A stretch of 38,459 bases of DNA from assembly GCA_965602565.1 (NCBI GenBank), contig CBFCZM010000002.1, forward strand, positions 1-38,459. The letters run 5' to 3'. The DNA is from an uncultured Anaerolineae bacterium (lineage in GTDB: Bacteria; Chloroflexota; Anaerolineae; B4-G1; SLSP01). Shown in pieces: positions 8,661 through 17,936 of this stretch. The position numbers were made by a program, and so were the translations under genes. The notes below the pieces were generated by a model. The model was given only the letters and a program-made list of their open reading frames with translations, made no database searches and was not told the origin of the DNA. The stretch's first letter is position 1; every line of letters begins with the position of its first letter.

Positions 8661-9905
8661 ATGAGACGTGACATCGATCAACTGATGGCTGACCGGAACC
8701 TGGATGTGATTCTCGTTAGGGGAAAGGTTCTCGGCAACCCGCCTTTGTTCTACATGCTGAATGGTGTGCACCTCACCCAAGCTGTGGTCGTCAAGAAGCG
8801 GGGAGACGCGCCCACGGTAGTTGCTGGGCCCATGGACCGAGCTTCTGCTGCTAAGTCAGGTCACACGGTTGTCCTCACGACGCGTTACCGGTACAGCGAA
8901 TTGCTCCAACAGCACAATGGAGATCCACTGGCTGCGACGGTTGCCTACTATCGTAGGATCTTCGAGGATCTCGGGGTTTCCGGACGCCTGGGATGCTATG
9001 GCTACCTGGATCAGGGGTATGCTTACGCCTTCTTGACGGCACTGGATGCTGCTGCGCCGGATATTGAGATCGTTGGTGAGATCGAGGAGGATCTGATCTG
9101 CGTGGCTCGCGCGACGAAAGACGCTGATGAGGTCACGCGCATCCGCGATGTGGGACGGCGCACAACTGCGGTGGTGAAGCAGACTGTGGCGTTTCTTCAG
9201 TCCCACGAGGTCGGGGAGGGTGAAATACTGCGCAAGGCCGATGGTGATCGTCTGACGGTCGGGGACGTTCACGCCCGAATTGCCCGGCTGGTTGCCTATG
9301 AAGGACTCGAAGATCCAGAGGGGTTCATCTTCTCTACTGGGCGGGACGCCGGTATTCCTCACAGCCGGGGGCAGCTGGATGCCCCGATCCGCCTGGGTGA
9401 GTCGATCGTCTTCGACATTTTCCCACGGGAAGTTGGCGGCGGCTATTTCTACGATCTCACGCGGACGTTCAGTTTGGGCTACGCCCCTGAGCCGGTGGCT
9501 CGCTTGCACCGGGATGTTGTTGACTGTCTGACTGCGCTCGAGGCCGAAGTGCGTGCTGGCGAGACGGCGCGCTACTACCAGCGCATGACCTGCGATTTCC
9601 TCGGTGGCCGTGGACACCCTACGGTGGCTGAAGATCCCGCAACACAGCGGGGCTACGTGCACGGGATCGCCCACGGCGTCGGGCTGGATATCCACGAAGT
9701 TCCTCGATTCCACGATGACCCGAGCAACGGTACATATCTCTTGCCGGGGCACCTGTTCGCGATCGAGCCCGGGCTCTACTATCCCGATGAGGGCATGGGG
9801 TGTCGTGTCGAGGATGTCTTGTGGATAGCTGAAGATGGCGCGGTTCACAACCTGACCGATATGCCCTACGATTTGGTTGTGCCTATGGGGGCGGGCGTGG
9901 TCTAG
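8661..9905 (+). CDS. M24-family metallopeptidase (Xaa-Pro aminopeptidase/dipeptidase-like)
   Basis: 414 aa. Pita-bread-fold metal-ligand motifs, including 'HGIAHGVGLDIHEVP' and 'FAIEPGLY'. Confidence 0.9.
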   Translation: MRRDIDQLMADRNLDVILVRGKVLGNPPLFYMLNGVHLTQAVVVKKRGDAPTVVAGPMDRASAAKSGHTVVLTTRYRYSELLQQHNGDPLAATVAYYRRIFEDLGVSGRLGCYGYLDQGYAYAFLTALDAAAPDIEIVGEIEEDLICVARATKDADEVTRIRDVGRRTTAVVKQTVAFLQSHEVGEGEILRKADGDRLTVGDVHARIARLVAYEGLEDPEGFIFSTGRDAGIPHSRGQLDAPIRLGESIVFDIFPREVGGGYFYDLTRTFSLGYAPEPVARLHRDVVDCLTALEAEVRAGETARYYQRMTCDFLGGRGHPTVAEDPATQRGYVHGIAHGVGLDIHEVPRFHDDPSNGTYLLPGHLFAIEPGLYYPDEGMGCRVEDVLWIAEDGAVHNLTDMPYDLVVPMGAGVV

Positions 9906-9918
9906 AAGGAGCATTCCC

Positions 9919-10938
9919 ATGACGATTCGCATTCTGGGCATCGAGACATCCTGTGATGAGACGGCGGCGGCTGTTGTGGATGGTGGACGCACCATCCTCT
10001 CGAATATCGTCGCTTCACAGGCTGAGTTCCATGCTCAGTACGGTGGCGTCTATCCTGAGTTGGCTTCGCGCATGCACGTCGAATCCATCTCCTTTGTAGT
10101 GGAGCAGGCTTTGGTCGCCGCGCATATTGGGTGGGACGATCTGGACGCCATGGCTGTTACGTATGGGCCCGGCCTGCCGGGTTCGCTCCTGGTGGGCCTG
10201 AACTACGCAAAAGGCGCTGCACTCGCGACGGGCTTGCCTCTGGTGCCTGTCAACCACTTGGAAGGACATCTGTATGCGCATTGGCTTGACACAGGCGCTG
10301 AGGGGAGTGCCGCGGGGAACCTGAGATTTCCAGTGATCGCCCTGATCGTCTCGGGCGGGCACACCGACCTGGTCTTGGTTCACGATCATGGACAGTACGA
10401 GCGGCTTGGTGGCACGCTGGATGATGCTGCTGGAGAGGCATTCGACAAGGTCGCCCGGATGCTGAAACTCGGGTATCCCGGCGGTCCCGCCGTTGAGGAA
10501 GCCGCGAAGAAGGGGAATCCCGCGGCGATCGATCTGCCACGAGCTTGGTTACCCGGCACGTACGACTTCAGTTTCAGCGGGCTCAAGACGGCTGTGTTGC
10601 GCATCCAGCAGAAGTATGCTGGACCGGTACCACACCGCTTCTATGCTGATATGGCCGCGGCATTCCAGGAATCCGTCGTTGATGTCCTGGTTGAGAAGAC
10701 CTTGGCGGCGGTGATGGAATTCGGGCCCAATGCTGTTCTGCTCTCAGGCGGTGTCTCTGCAAATACGGCGCTGCGCGAAGCTGCAGAAGCGAAAGTCCCG
10801 CTGCCGGTCTACGTGTTGCCCAAGGTGCTTTGCACGGACAACGCTGCCATGATTGCCGCTGCCGGCTTCTACCGCTATCAGGCGGGGGATCGCGCGGGGT
10901 GGGATCTGGACATTGAGCCGGGACTGCAACTCATCTAG
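9919..10938 (+). CDS. tsaD: tRNA N6-adenosine threonylcarbamoyltransferase TsaD
   Basis: 'IRILGIETSCDETAAAVV' and 'NHLEGHL'. I prefer the ATG at 9919, which has AAGGAG 7 nt upstream, over the longer track ORF starting at 9877. Confidence 0.95.
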   Translation: MTIRILGIETSCDETAAAVVDGGRTILSNIVASQAEFHAQYGGVYPELASRMHVESISFVVEQALVAAHIGWDDLDAMAVTYGPGLPGSLLVGLNYAKGAALATGLPLVPVNHLEGHLYAHWLDTGAEGSAAGNLRFPVIALIVSGGHTDLVLVHDHGQYERLGGTLDDAAGEAFDKVARMLKLGYPGGPAVEEAAKKGNPAAIDLPRAWLPGTYDFSFSGLKTAVLRIQQKYAGPVPHRFYADMAAAFQESVVDVLVEKTLAAVMEFGPNAVLLSGGVSANTALREAAEAKVPLPVYVLPKVLCTDNAAMIAAAGFYRYQAGDRAGWDLDIEPGLQLI

Positions 10939-11035
10939 TGTTGCACGCTGGCCGGGGGGCCGCAGAGGGCTAGCCACCGTCCTGCGGGGGTTGCCTCGAG
11001 CATCAGGAGCTTCCAGTTGCCTTCGCGGAAAGCCT

Positions 11036-12397
11036 CTATGGCGTGCGGAATGTCCCGGGGATGAAGACGCGCCACGGCATAATTTCCACGGCGTAAGTCC
11101 GGTTCAGGAAACCTGTGCCGCTCCACCCTCCGACAGTGTAGATGGATGTCTCCCAGGGCACAGCGCCGAGGTTGCGCCACTCCCCCACGATCGGCGTTTC
11201 CATCACGTTCCATTGGTCGGTTGCCGGTGTGTATCGCTCGTTGAAGCCCAACGGTGTGTGCCAGCCTCCGCCGATTGCGTACAGGCGCCCACCGGTTGCC
11301 ACGAGACTCAGGCCGCCGCGCGGCTGCAGCATAGATGGGCAGCTGTCCCAGCTGTCGGTGGCCGGGAAGTAGACTTCACAGGTGGTCCATTCACGATCTC
11401 CATCGAATCCCCCGGCATAGAAGACGCGATCGGACAGCACTGCAGCGGCGCCGAATCCGCGGGCCTGCAGGGGGGGCGTTAGCTCGCGCCACGCATCATC
11501 TGCCGGCGTGTAGACGAGGGTGAGCGCGCGGTAGGCCTGACCATCCCACCCGCCAAAGAGGTAGATCCGATCCTCGTACGTCGCGATGGCGTAGGCGCAA
11601 AGCGGCGTCGGCATTGGGGCAGCCCTTGACCACGTGTCTTGTTCAGGCGCGTAGCAGTCCGTGGTGCTACTGGGCACCCAGTTGATATCACACCCGCCCG
11701 GAACCCAGATCCGATCACCAAGAGCCACTGCTCCGGCGTTGGCCAGTGCCACCGGCCGGGATTGGCCCTGCCCCCATGTATCTGACGGGATATCGTAGAT
11801 GTCTACCCGCCCGCTGGGGCCGTCATCAGCCATGCCGCCGATAGCATAGATCTTTCCGGCGTATGCCAGGGTGCCCATCGCTGCACGTCGCACGGGGAGA
11901 GGCGCCAGCTCCTGCCAACTATCCGCCGTGGCGGGTGCAAGAAGGTCCGGCGCAGGGTCATTGGTACCGAATACGTCGCCGGGACCGACGAAAGCCGCCG
12001 GTGCAGAGTGCCGTTGTGGCAGCAAGAAGATGATAGACACCAGACCCAGCCCACACGCCACTGTGGCCCAGCGCTGCCAGGGCCACTCGGGCCACCAAGT
12101 GCGATCAGCCGCCGTGGCTGCGGCTGGCGACTGGGCGCCCGGTTCCGCGCCCGTCGCGGGCGGCACCTCTTCTGAGCCTCCCGATAGAATGATCCAGCCT
12201 TCCTGCACGGCCAGCATAGAGAGTTCGGTACGTGAGGCCACACCTGTCTTGGTGAAGATGTTGCGGAGGTGTACCTTCACGGTGTTATGACTGAGATAGA
12301 GCTGCGCAGCTACTTCTCGGTTGGTGAGGCCTTGGGCGACGAGTCCTGTGATCTCAAGCTCGCGCTCGCTCAGTGGTCCGCCGTACTCAGCAGCCAA
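11036..12397 (-). CDS. Membrane-anchored LuxR/GerE-type HTH regulator with an extracytoplasmic six-blade Kelch beta-propeller
   Basis: N-terminal 'LSERELEITGLVAQGLTNREVAAQLYLSHNTVKVHLRNIFTKTG'. One TM segment ('WATVACGLGLVSIIFLL'). Six Kelch-like blades, each ending in 'IYAIGG', 'IWVPGG', 'IYLFGG', 'VFYAGG', 'LYAIGG' or 'IYTVGG'. TTG start with GGAGG 6 nt upstream. Confidence 0.85.
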   Translation of the reverse strand: MAAEYGGPLSERELEITGLVAQGLTNREVAAQLYLSHNTVKVHLRNIFTKTGVASRTELSMLAVQEGWIILSGGSEEVPPATGAEPGAQSPAAATAADRTWWPEWPWQRWATVACGLGLVSIIFLLPQRHSAPAAFVGPGDVFGTNDPAPDLLAPATADSWQELAPLPVRRAAMGTLAYAGKIYAIGGMADDGPSGRVDIYDIPSDTWGQGQSRPVALANAGAVALGDRIWVPGGCDINWVPSSTTDCYAPEQDTWSRAAPMPTPLCAYAIATYEDRIYLFGGWDGQAYRALTLVYTPADDAWRELTPPLQARGFGAAAVLSDRVFYAGGFDGDREWTTCEVYFPATDSWDSCPSMLQPRGGLSLVATGGRLYAIGGGWHTPLGFNERYTPATDQWNVMETPIVGEWRNLGAVPWETSIYTVGGWSGTGFLNRTYAVEIMPWRVFIPGTFRTP

Positions 12398-13049
12398 TCA
12401 TAGCCTCCGGCTTGGGGAACCTAACTGCTTCCTTCCTGGCCAAGTTGGCCTCGATGCGATTCGCGATAATCTCCAGGTGTTCCGGATAGCGAACAAAGTC
12501 CAGGTCATCGCCGGGGACGGTCAGGACGGGACAGAGATCGAACTGGCTCATCCATTCGCCGTAGTAACGCCCCAGTAGTGTCAGGTAGTCTTCGCTGATT
12601 GCCGACTCCATGTCTCGTCCCCGCTTGGCAATGTGGTTGCAGAGGGTCGGTACGCTGGCCTCTATGTACACCAGCAGATCGGGCCGGGGAAGCTTGCCGG
12701 TCACAAGCTCATAGAGCGCCTGGTAGGCCCGATAGTCCCGATCAGACATGTTGCCCAGCTCGTGCAGGGCTCTGGCAAAGATGTGCGCATCCTCGTAGAT
12801 GCTTCGATCGACAATGGCGGACGCCGGCATAGCATAGAGTGCCGCGTGCTGTCTAGCTCGGTGTCCCAGGAAGAAGACCTGAAGATGAAAGCTCCAGGCA
12901 CGCATATCGGTGTAGAAGTCGGCAAGGTAGGGGTTATCATCAACCGACTCATAGGCAACGTGCCACCCCAATTGCTTGCCCAGACGTTCCGCGAGCGATG
13001 TCTTTCCTGCGCCAATGTTGCCTGCTATGAGGATCAGGTTCTTCGCCAT
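12387..13049 (-). CDS. Deoxynucleoside kinase (dAK/dGK/dCK family)
   Basis: P-loop 'IAGNIGAGKTS', 'VDRSIYEDAHIFA' and 'RGRDME'. The ATG at 13049 has a GGAG upstream and lies downstream of the tilS stop, so the longer track ORF (to 13145) is rejected. Confidence 0.85.
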   Translation of the reverse strand: MAKNLILIAGNIGAGKTSLAERLGKQLGWHVAYESVDDNPYLADFYTDMRAWSFHLQVFFLGHRARQHAALYAMPASAIVDRSIYEDAHIFARALHELGNMSDRDYRAYQALYELVTGKLPRPDLLVYIEASVPTLCNHIAKRGRDMESAISEDYLTLLGRYYGEWMSQFDLCPVLTVPGDDLDFVRYPEHLEIIANRIEANLARKEAVRFPKPEAMIGC

Positions 13050-13080
13050 TGAGTCTCCTTCGGGTGATCTGGCCTCGTTG

Positions 13081-14550
13081 CTATGGCTCAAGAAAGCGCA
13101 AGTACACCACACGTTCTGTGTCGGTACGGACGAGAGCTTCTTCACTCAGCCGGAGGCCGGCGACCCACAAGATGCGGTCATCGGCTACTACCAGCGGCAG
13201 ATGATCGCGCCAGCGTCGCGGGATCTTGATGTTGATCAAGAAATCGCTTAGCCGGACTTCAGAGCCCTGCATACCTTGCGGGCGGAAGCGATCTCCGGCC
13301 TGTCGGGTGCGAAGCAACGGTGTCTTGCCCAGGACGCCGGCATCGAGCCGGGCAACGAGAGGGTTCATATTGTCCTTGATCACCTCTAGGTCCCAGTGTG
13401 TGACCTCTTCGGCCTGGATTGCCCATCCGTCAGGTAGAGGCGTCATCCCAGGAATTGAGACGCCGATGTCGCTGCCCACATCCAGCCACGGTCGTTCGGA
13501 TGGCAGATGCATAGCATCAGCGTCAGCGATGGTTACGGTCGTATAGCCCACCGTGAGAGTCAATCCGCGGGGCAGCACCGCTTGAGATCCGGTCTGACCT
13601 CGCTGGGCGACATCCACCGCATTCTCGACATGAGCGAAATCAACGTCTCGCAGCGTCCGCCGTAGCCGGTAGGCCGCACGGCGAACGATGGCCCTCCGGA
13701 TGGCGAGGGGCTGTTCGCGCCAGCGGGCCAGATTGAAGACCAAAGCGTCAGGATAGGAGGCCACCAGCAAGGTGTCCTGTGCCACACTGACGAACTCCTG
13801 GTGCAGTTTGTAGTCTGCCCGCACCACCTCAGCCAGATTCTGCAGTCGTTCGGAGATCTGAGGGTTGATCTGGCCAAGATACGGGAGGACCTCGTGCCGT
13901 AGCTTGTTACGGAAGTAGGTCGTATCCAGGTTGGAGCGATCGAATCTTGTTTCCAGATCGTGCTCTGTGCAGTATGCCTCGATGTCGGCGCGCGGTGTTG
14001 CCAGTAGGGGCCTGATGATCGTCAGATCTGCAGGTGGCTCTAAGGAGGCCTGCAGCAACCGGTAATCCCTTAGTTGGGTGCTGGGCAGCATACCTCGCAG
14101 TCCGGCAGGGCCGGCACCCCTCAGCAGGTGCATCAACACGGTTTCTGCCTGGTCGTCGGCGTTGTGGCCAACGGCGATACGAGTCGCACCGACCTGTTGC
14201 GCGATGCGACTGAGAAAAGCGTACCGCGTGCGCCGGGCAGCCTCTTCGAGCGCCAGTTTCTCGCGCGAGGCGATGGCAGGGACGTCAATGCTGTCACTCG
14301 TGAACGGCAGTCCCCATCTGGCGGCCAGGTTCTGCACAAACGCTTGATCGTCATCGGCATCTTGCCCCCGAATCCGATGGTTCAGATGGGCGACATGCAG
14401 GCTGAGTCCAAATGCGCCGGCCAGGCGCTGCAGTAGATGCAGCAATGTAACGGAATCCGGGCCTCCAGATGTGGCCACGACAACACTCGAACCAGGTTCG
14501 AGTAACTGGTGTCGTCTGATATAGCAGTCTACCTCGCCAATGAGATCCAT
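13081..14550 (-). CDS. tilS: tRNA(Ile)-lysidine synthase TilS
   Basis: PP-loop 'VVVATSGGPDSVTLLH'. I prefer the ATG at 14550 ('MDLIGEVDCYIRRHQLL...'). The longer TTG start at 14634 would overlap the upstream gene. Confidence 0.92.
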   Translation of the reverse strand: MDLIGEVDCYIRRHQLLEPGSSVVVATSGGPDSVTLLHLLQRLAGAFGLSLHVAHLNHRIRGQDADDDQAFVQNLAARWGLPFTSDSIDVPAIASREKLALEEAARRTRYAFLSRIAQQVGATRIAVGHNADDQAETVLMHLLRGAGPAGLRGMLPSTQLRDYRLLQASLEPPADLTIIRPLLATPRADIEAYCTEHDLETRFDRSNLDTTYFRNKLRHEVLPYLGQINPQISERLQNLAEVVRADYKLHQEFVSVAQDTLLVASYPDALVFNLARWREQPLAIRRAIVRRAAYRLRRTLRDVDFAHVENAVDVAQRGQTGSQAVLPRGLTLTVGYTTVTIADADAMHLPSERPWLDVGSDIGVSIPGMTPLPDGWAIQAEEVTHWDLEVIKDNMNPLVARLDAGVLGKTPLLRTRQAGDRFRPQGMQGSEVRLSDFLINIKIPRRWRDHLPLVVADDRILWVAGLRLSEEALVRTDTERVVYLRFLEP

Positions 14551-14600
14551 AGCTGCTTGCGTGTGCGTTGCTGTAAAGGCTGCTCCGATCTGACGGGGTG

Positions 14601-15845
14601 CTAGATGTTGATGGTTGTGCCACAGTAGTCGCAAGTGACCTGCTGCATCCCTTTAAAGACCGGTGGCAGTGGTGCGTTGCAGTTGGAGCAGATGGTCGGC
14701 AGTTCCTTCTCGGTCTCGGCAGTTTCCTGTTCGAGTTGCGCCGATAGTTGTTCATCAGGTGCCGGCGCACCAAATCGATCGCCGTCGATCTGACCGCTCT
14801 TCGCCCGGCGAATCAGACCTCGCCAGGTGTCGTTGTCCGCTCCCTGGAGCTGGAGTGTAATGTCGCCGGGGATCTCGCGGGTGCGCTCACTGAAGCGGAG
14901 TGTGAGCAACTCTTTGCGCTTCAGGAAGGCTTTCTGGTCCTCGGCTTCGAGTTCCTCCACTGCTCCGACCGGGGCTTCCCATAGCTTCTCCTGGATCAGT
15001 TCCTTTTGGGTCGTGATGAACAGGATCTTCTTCTTGGCAATCTCCTGCCGCTGCTCGAAGATCAGGCGAGCGTCCGTCAGGAACAAGAACCCTTCAGGCT
15101 CCTGCTGATCGCTGGTCCACGTGCTCCGGCAAGCCGCAATGGCGTGCTCATCCGGGAATAGCTCGAAGCTGGCTGCATCGAGTGCATCAAGGACGAATTG
15201 GGCTTCGCTGATCTCTTGCTGCAGAGCGTCTGCCTGCTGTGTGGTTGCGTCGAAGGTCTGACGGACGCGGGACTCAGCGCTCCTGGCATTGCTTTCCAGC
15301 GACCGGATGCGGCTTTCGGCCGTGGCAATCAGACCTGCGTTTCTAGCTGCCCTCTGCAGAAGCATATCGATGTCGTTAGCGGCACGCTGAAGCGTTTGTT
15401 GTTCGTTCTGCAGCAAGCGGGTTGCCTGACTTCGTTGCTGCGGCCACCGGTCGTTCAGCGATCCTAGCTGGGTTTCCCAACTCCGCCCGAACCGGTAACC
15501 CCGTGCTCGCACGTCAGCCAGTTCCTGCGACAAGCTGTCCAGACCGCCTGTGACGTCATCGAGGACATCGAACAGGGATGCAAGGGCCAGTGTGCCGGCT
15601 ACACGTTGCCAGTTCGTATGCACGGCAGAGAGCCGCTGTGCCCGCGCATCCCCAGCAGTCGACACCGGGCGGCTGCGCATGGTCGAGCTGCCCTTGCTGA
15701 CATTCCGGCTGGGCTTTGAGCTGGGTCTTGACCCGGATACGCTTGATGAGAGCGTACGGCTGGATCGGGATGTCGATGACGACTTCGGTCGAGGTGATTT
15801 GCTTCCACCTGATCTACCGGACGACGTACTGCGCTTCTTGGCCAT
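14601..15845 (-). CDS. Uncharacterised protein: Ser/Arg/Lys-rich disordered N-terminus, coiled coil, PH/GRAM-like module, C-terminal zinc ribbon
   Basis: 414-aa ORF with GGAGG 6 nt upstream of the ATG. 24 of the first 60 residues are Ser and 15 are Arg or Lys. 'GFLFLTDARLIFEQ' is a PH/GRAM-like core. It ends in 'CSNCNAPLPPVFKGMQQVTCDYCG'. Confidence 0.75.
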   Translation of the reverse strand: MAKKRSTSSGRSGGSKSPRPKSSSTSRSSRTLSSSVSGSRPSSKPSRNVSKGSSTMRSRPVSTAGDARAQRLSAVHTNWQRVAGTLALASLFDVLDDVTGGLDSLSQELADVRARGYRFGRSWETQLGSLNDRWPQQRSQATRLLQNEQQTLQRAANDIDMLLQRAARNAGLIATAESRIRSLESNARSAESRVRQTFDATTQQADALQQEISEAQFVLDALDAASFELFPDEHAIAACRSTWTSDQQEPEGFLFLTDARLIFEQRQEIAKKKILFITTQKELIQEKLWEAPVGAVEELEAEDQKAFLKRKELLTLRFSERTREIPGDITLQLQGADNDTWRGLIRRAKSGQIDGDRFGAPAPDEQLSAQLEQETAETEKELPTICSNCNAPLPPVFKGMQQVTCDYCGTTINI

Positions 15846-15870
15846 TGGTTACCTCCGTTTGGATTGGCAA

Positions 15871-16960
15871 TCAGTCTGCGCTTAGTGTAGCGCGCAGGTA
15901 CGCTTCCATCAAGGGGTCTAGTTCGCCATCCAGTACTGCTTGCACGTTGCCAGTCTCATGATTCGTGCGGTGGTCCTTCACCATCTGGTAGGGATGCAAA
16001 ACGTAGGAGCGGATCTGGTTTCCCCACCCCGCGTCCACGTGTTCTCCTTTGAGATCGCTGATTTGCTTGCGATGTTCCTCTTCCTGCATCTGCATTAGTC
16101 GTGCGCGCAGGATCCGCAGCGCTGTTTCGCGGTTCTGTCCTTGAGATCGCTCGCTTTGGCAAGCAACGACGAGGCCCGTTGGCGTGTGAGTGATACGAAC
16201 GGCCGTATCGTTCTTCTGCATGTGCTGCCCGCCGGCTGATGAGGCGCGGTAAGTATCGATTTGCAGATCCTTGGCGTCGACAGCGATCTCGGCTTCCCTT
16301 TCCAGATCGGGCCAGACTTCGGCAAGAGCGAAAGAAGTGTGGCGGCGATGTGCTGCGTCGAACGGCGACAAACGCACAAGGCGATGGACGCCTCGTTCTG
16401 ACCTCAGGTATCCGTAGGCATACCTGCCGGCAATGCCCACTGTGACGCTCTTGATCCCGGCGCCATCACCCTCGGTGGAGTCGAGAATCTCAGCTTTGAA
16501 GTTTCGCTTCTCTGCCCAGCGGAGGAACATCCGCAGCAGCATACTGGTCCAGTCTTGAGAGTCTGTACCCCCTGCGCCGGCGTGGATCGCGAGAATCGCG
16601 TTGGCCTGGTCGTACGGGCCCGACAACATCAGTCTGAACTCTGCCCGGTCTAGCTCTGACTCCAGACGGCTGGCTTCGTCCTCCAATTCCGGACCGAGAT
16701 CATCATCACCCAGGGACTCGAGCTCGATGGCATCGGCCACCTGCTGTCGTTGTTGTGTCCAGTACCCGATGTCGTCGCGCAGTGCTGCAAGTCGTCGCAT
16801 CAGCCGCCGGGCATTCTCCGGATTGCTCCAGAGATCCGGCTCGGCGCTCCGTTTCTCCAGTTCCTCAAGCTCCGTCGTCTGTGCGGATAGGTCAAAGACG
16901 CCTCCAGATCGACTCGATCCGCGTAGCCAGTTTTTCCAGACGATCTGATAGTTCGCTCAT
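15871..16960 (-). CDS. prfB: Peptide chain release factor 2, requiring a programmed +1 ribosomal frameshift
   Basis: A 22-codon frame-0 segment (16960-16895, 'MSELSDRLEKLATRIESIWRRL') ends at CTT TGA C. The +1 frame continues from GAC (16893) to the stop at 15871. SPF and GGQ motifs are present. Confidence 0.95.
16891..16905 (-). other. prfB autoregulatory +1 frameshift site: GGAGG-CGT-CTT-TGA-C
   Basis: The minus-strand sequence reads GGAGGCGTCTTTGAC. An SD-like GGAGG lies 3 nt before the slippery CTT and the in-frame TGA followed by C. This has the same layout as the E. coli prfB site. Confidence 0.9.
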
Positions 16961-16988
16961 TGTGATCCTCTCGGTGCTTGTGTCTCTC

Positions 16989-17906
16989 TCAATCCGGGTT
17001 GGTGTCTCGGCCATTGCCCAGCAGACCGTCCACAAATGCCTGACGGTCAAATGGGGCCAAGTCATCGATTCTCTCACCTGTTCCCACGAAGCGAACCGGG
17101 AGACGTAGCTGGTGACCTATCGACAACACCATGCCCCCTTTTGCGCTACCGTCCAGCTTCGCCAGGACAATGCCACTGATCTTGACAGCCTCAAGGAATT
17201 GCTGGGCCTGAATCAATCCATTCTGGCCAGTGGTGGCATCCAACACAAGCAGCGTCTCGTGCGGCGCCCAGGCGATGCGCTTGGAGATGACCCGCTGGAT
17301 TTTCTCCAGCTCTGCCATCAGGTTGTGCTGCGTGTGCAGGCGTCCTGCTGTGTCAACGATCAGGACATCTGCCTTGTGAGCCTGCGCGTATTCCATAGCG
17401 TCAAAGGTTACCGCACCGGGGTCCCCTTGTTGTGGACCGGCAATGACCGGAACGCCAGCGCGTTGCCCCCAGACTTTGAGTTGGTCCATTGCAGCTGCGC
17501 GGAATGTGTCCGCGGCGGCCAGGACCACTTTCTTGCCCTGTGACTTGAACTGATGGGCGAGTTTCCCGATACTCGTTGTTTTGCCCGATCCGTTGACGCC
17601 TACGATCAGCACAACGGCCAGCGGCCAATTCAGGTTCAGAGGCTCAGTTTCGGGGAGTAAGGCCAGGATTTCCTTGTGCAGAATCCGCTGTAGAGCCTGG
17701 GTCTGGTAGATACCTTCTTCATCAACTCTCTGACGTAGTCGCGCCACAAGTGCAAGTGTAGTTTCGACGCCGGCGTCCCCTCGAATTAGAAGAGCCTCCA
17801 TGTCTTCCCAGGTCTCTTCATCAATATCACCAGCCCCAAGTAGATTGACGATCTGGCCAAAGACGCTGGTGCGCGTCTTGCGCAGGCTTTCGAAGATGCC
17901 CTTCAT
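16989..17906 (-). CDS. ftsY: Signal recognition particle receptor FtsY (NG domain only, no acidic A domain)
   Basis: 305 aa. '[20 protein letters not shown]', 'DTAGR' and '[10 protein letters not shown]'. GGAGGAAG upstream of the ATG. Confidence 0.95.
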   Translation of the reverse strand: MKGIFESLRKTRTSVFGQIVNLLGAGDIDEETWEDMEALLIRGDAGVETTLALVARLRQRVDEEGIYQTQALQRILHKEILALLPETEPLNLNWPLAVVLIVGVNGSGKTTSIGKLAHQFKSQGKKVVLAAADTFRAAAMDQLKVWGQRAGVPVIAGPQQGDPGAVTFDAMEYAQAHKADVLIVDTAGRLHTQHNLMAELEKIQRVISKRIAWAPHETLLVLDATTGQNGLIQAQQFLEAVKISGIVLAKLDGSAKGGMVLSIGHQLRLPVRFVGTGERIDDLAPFDRQAFVDGLLGNGRDTNPD

Positions 17907-17936
17907 CCAGTTGTTCTTCCTCCGGTGTACTCTCCT

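Noticed and set aside
8856-9995. 379-aa ORF on the minus strand, opposite the M24 peptidase gene
   Set aside because: The plus-strand frame carries the unmistakable M24 metal-ligand motifs. The minus-strand product is Arg/Pro/Gln-rich with no motif. It is a typical shadow ORF of a GC-rich gene.
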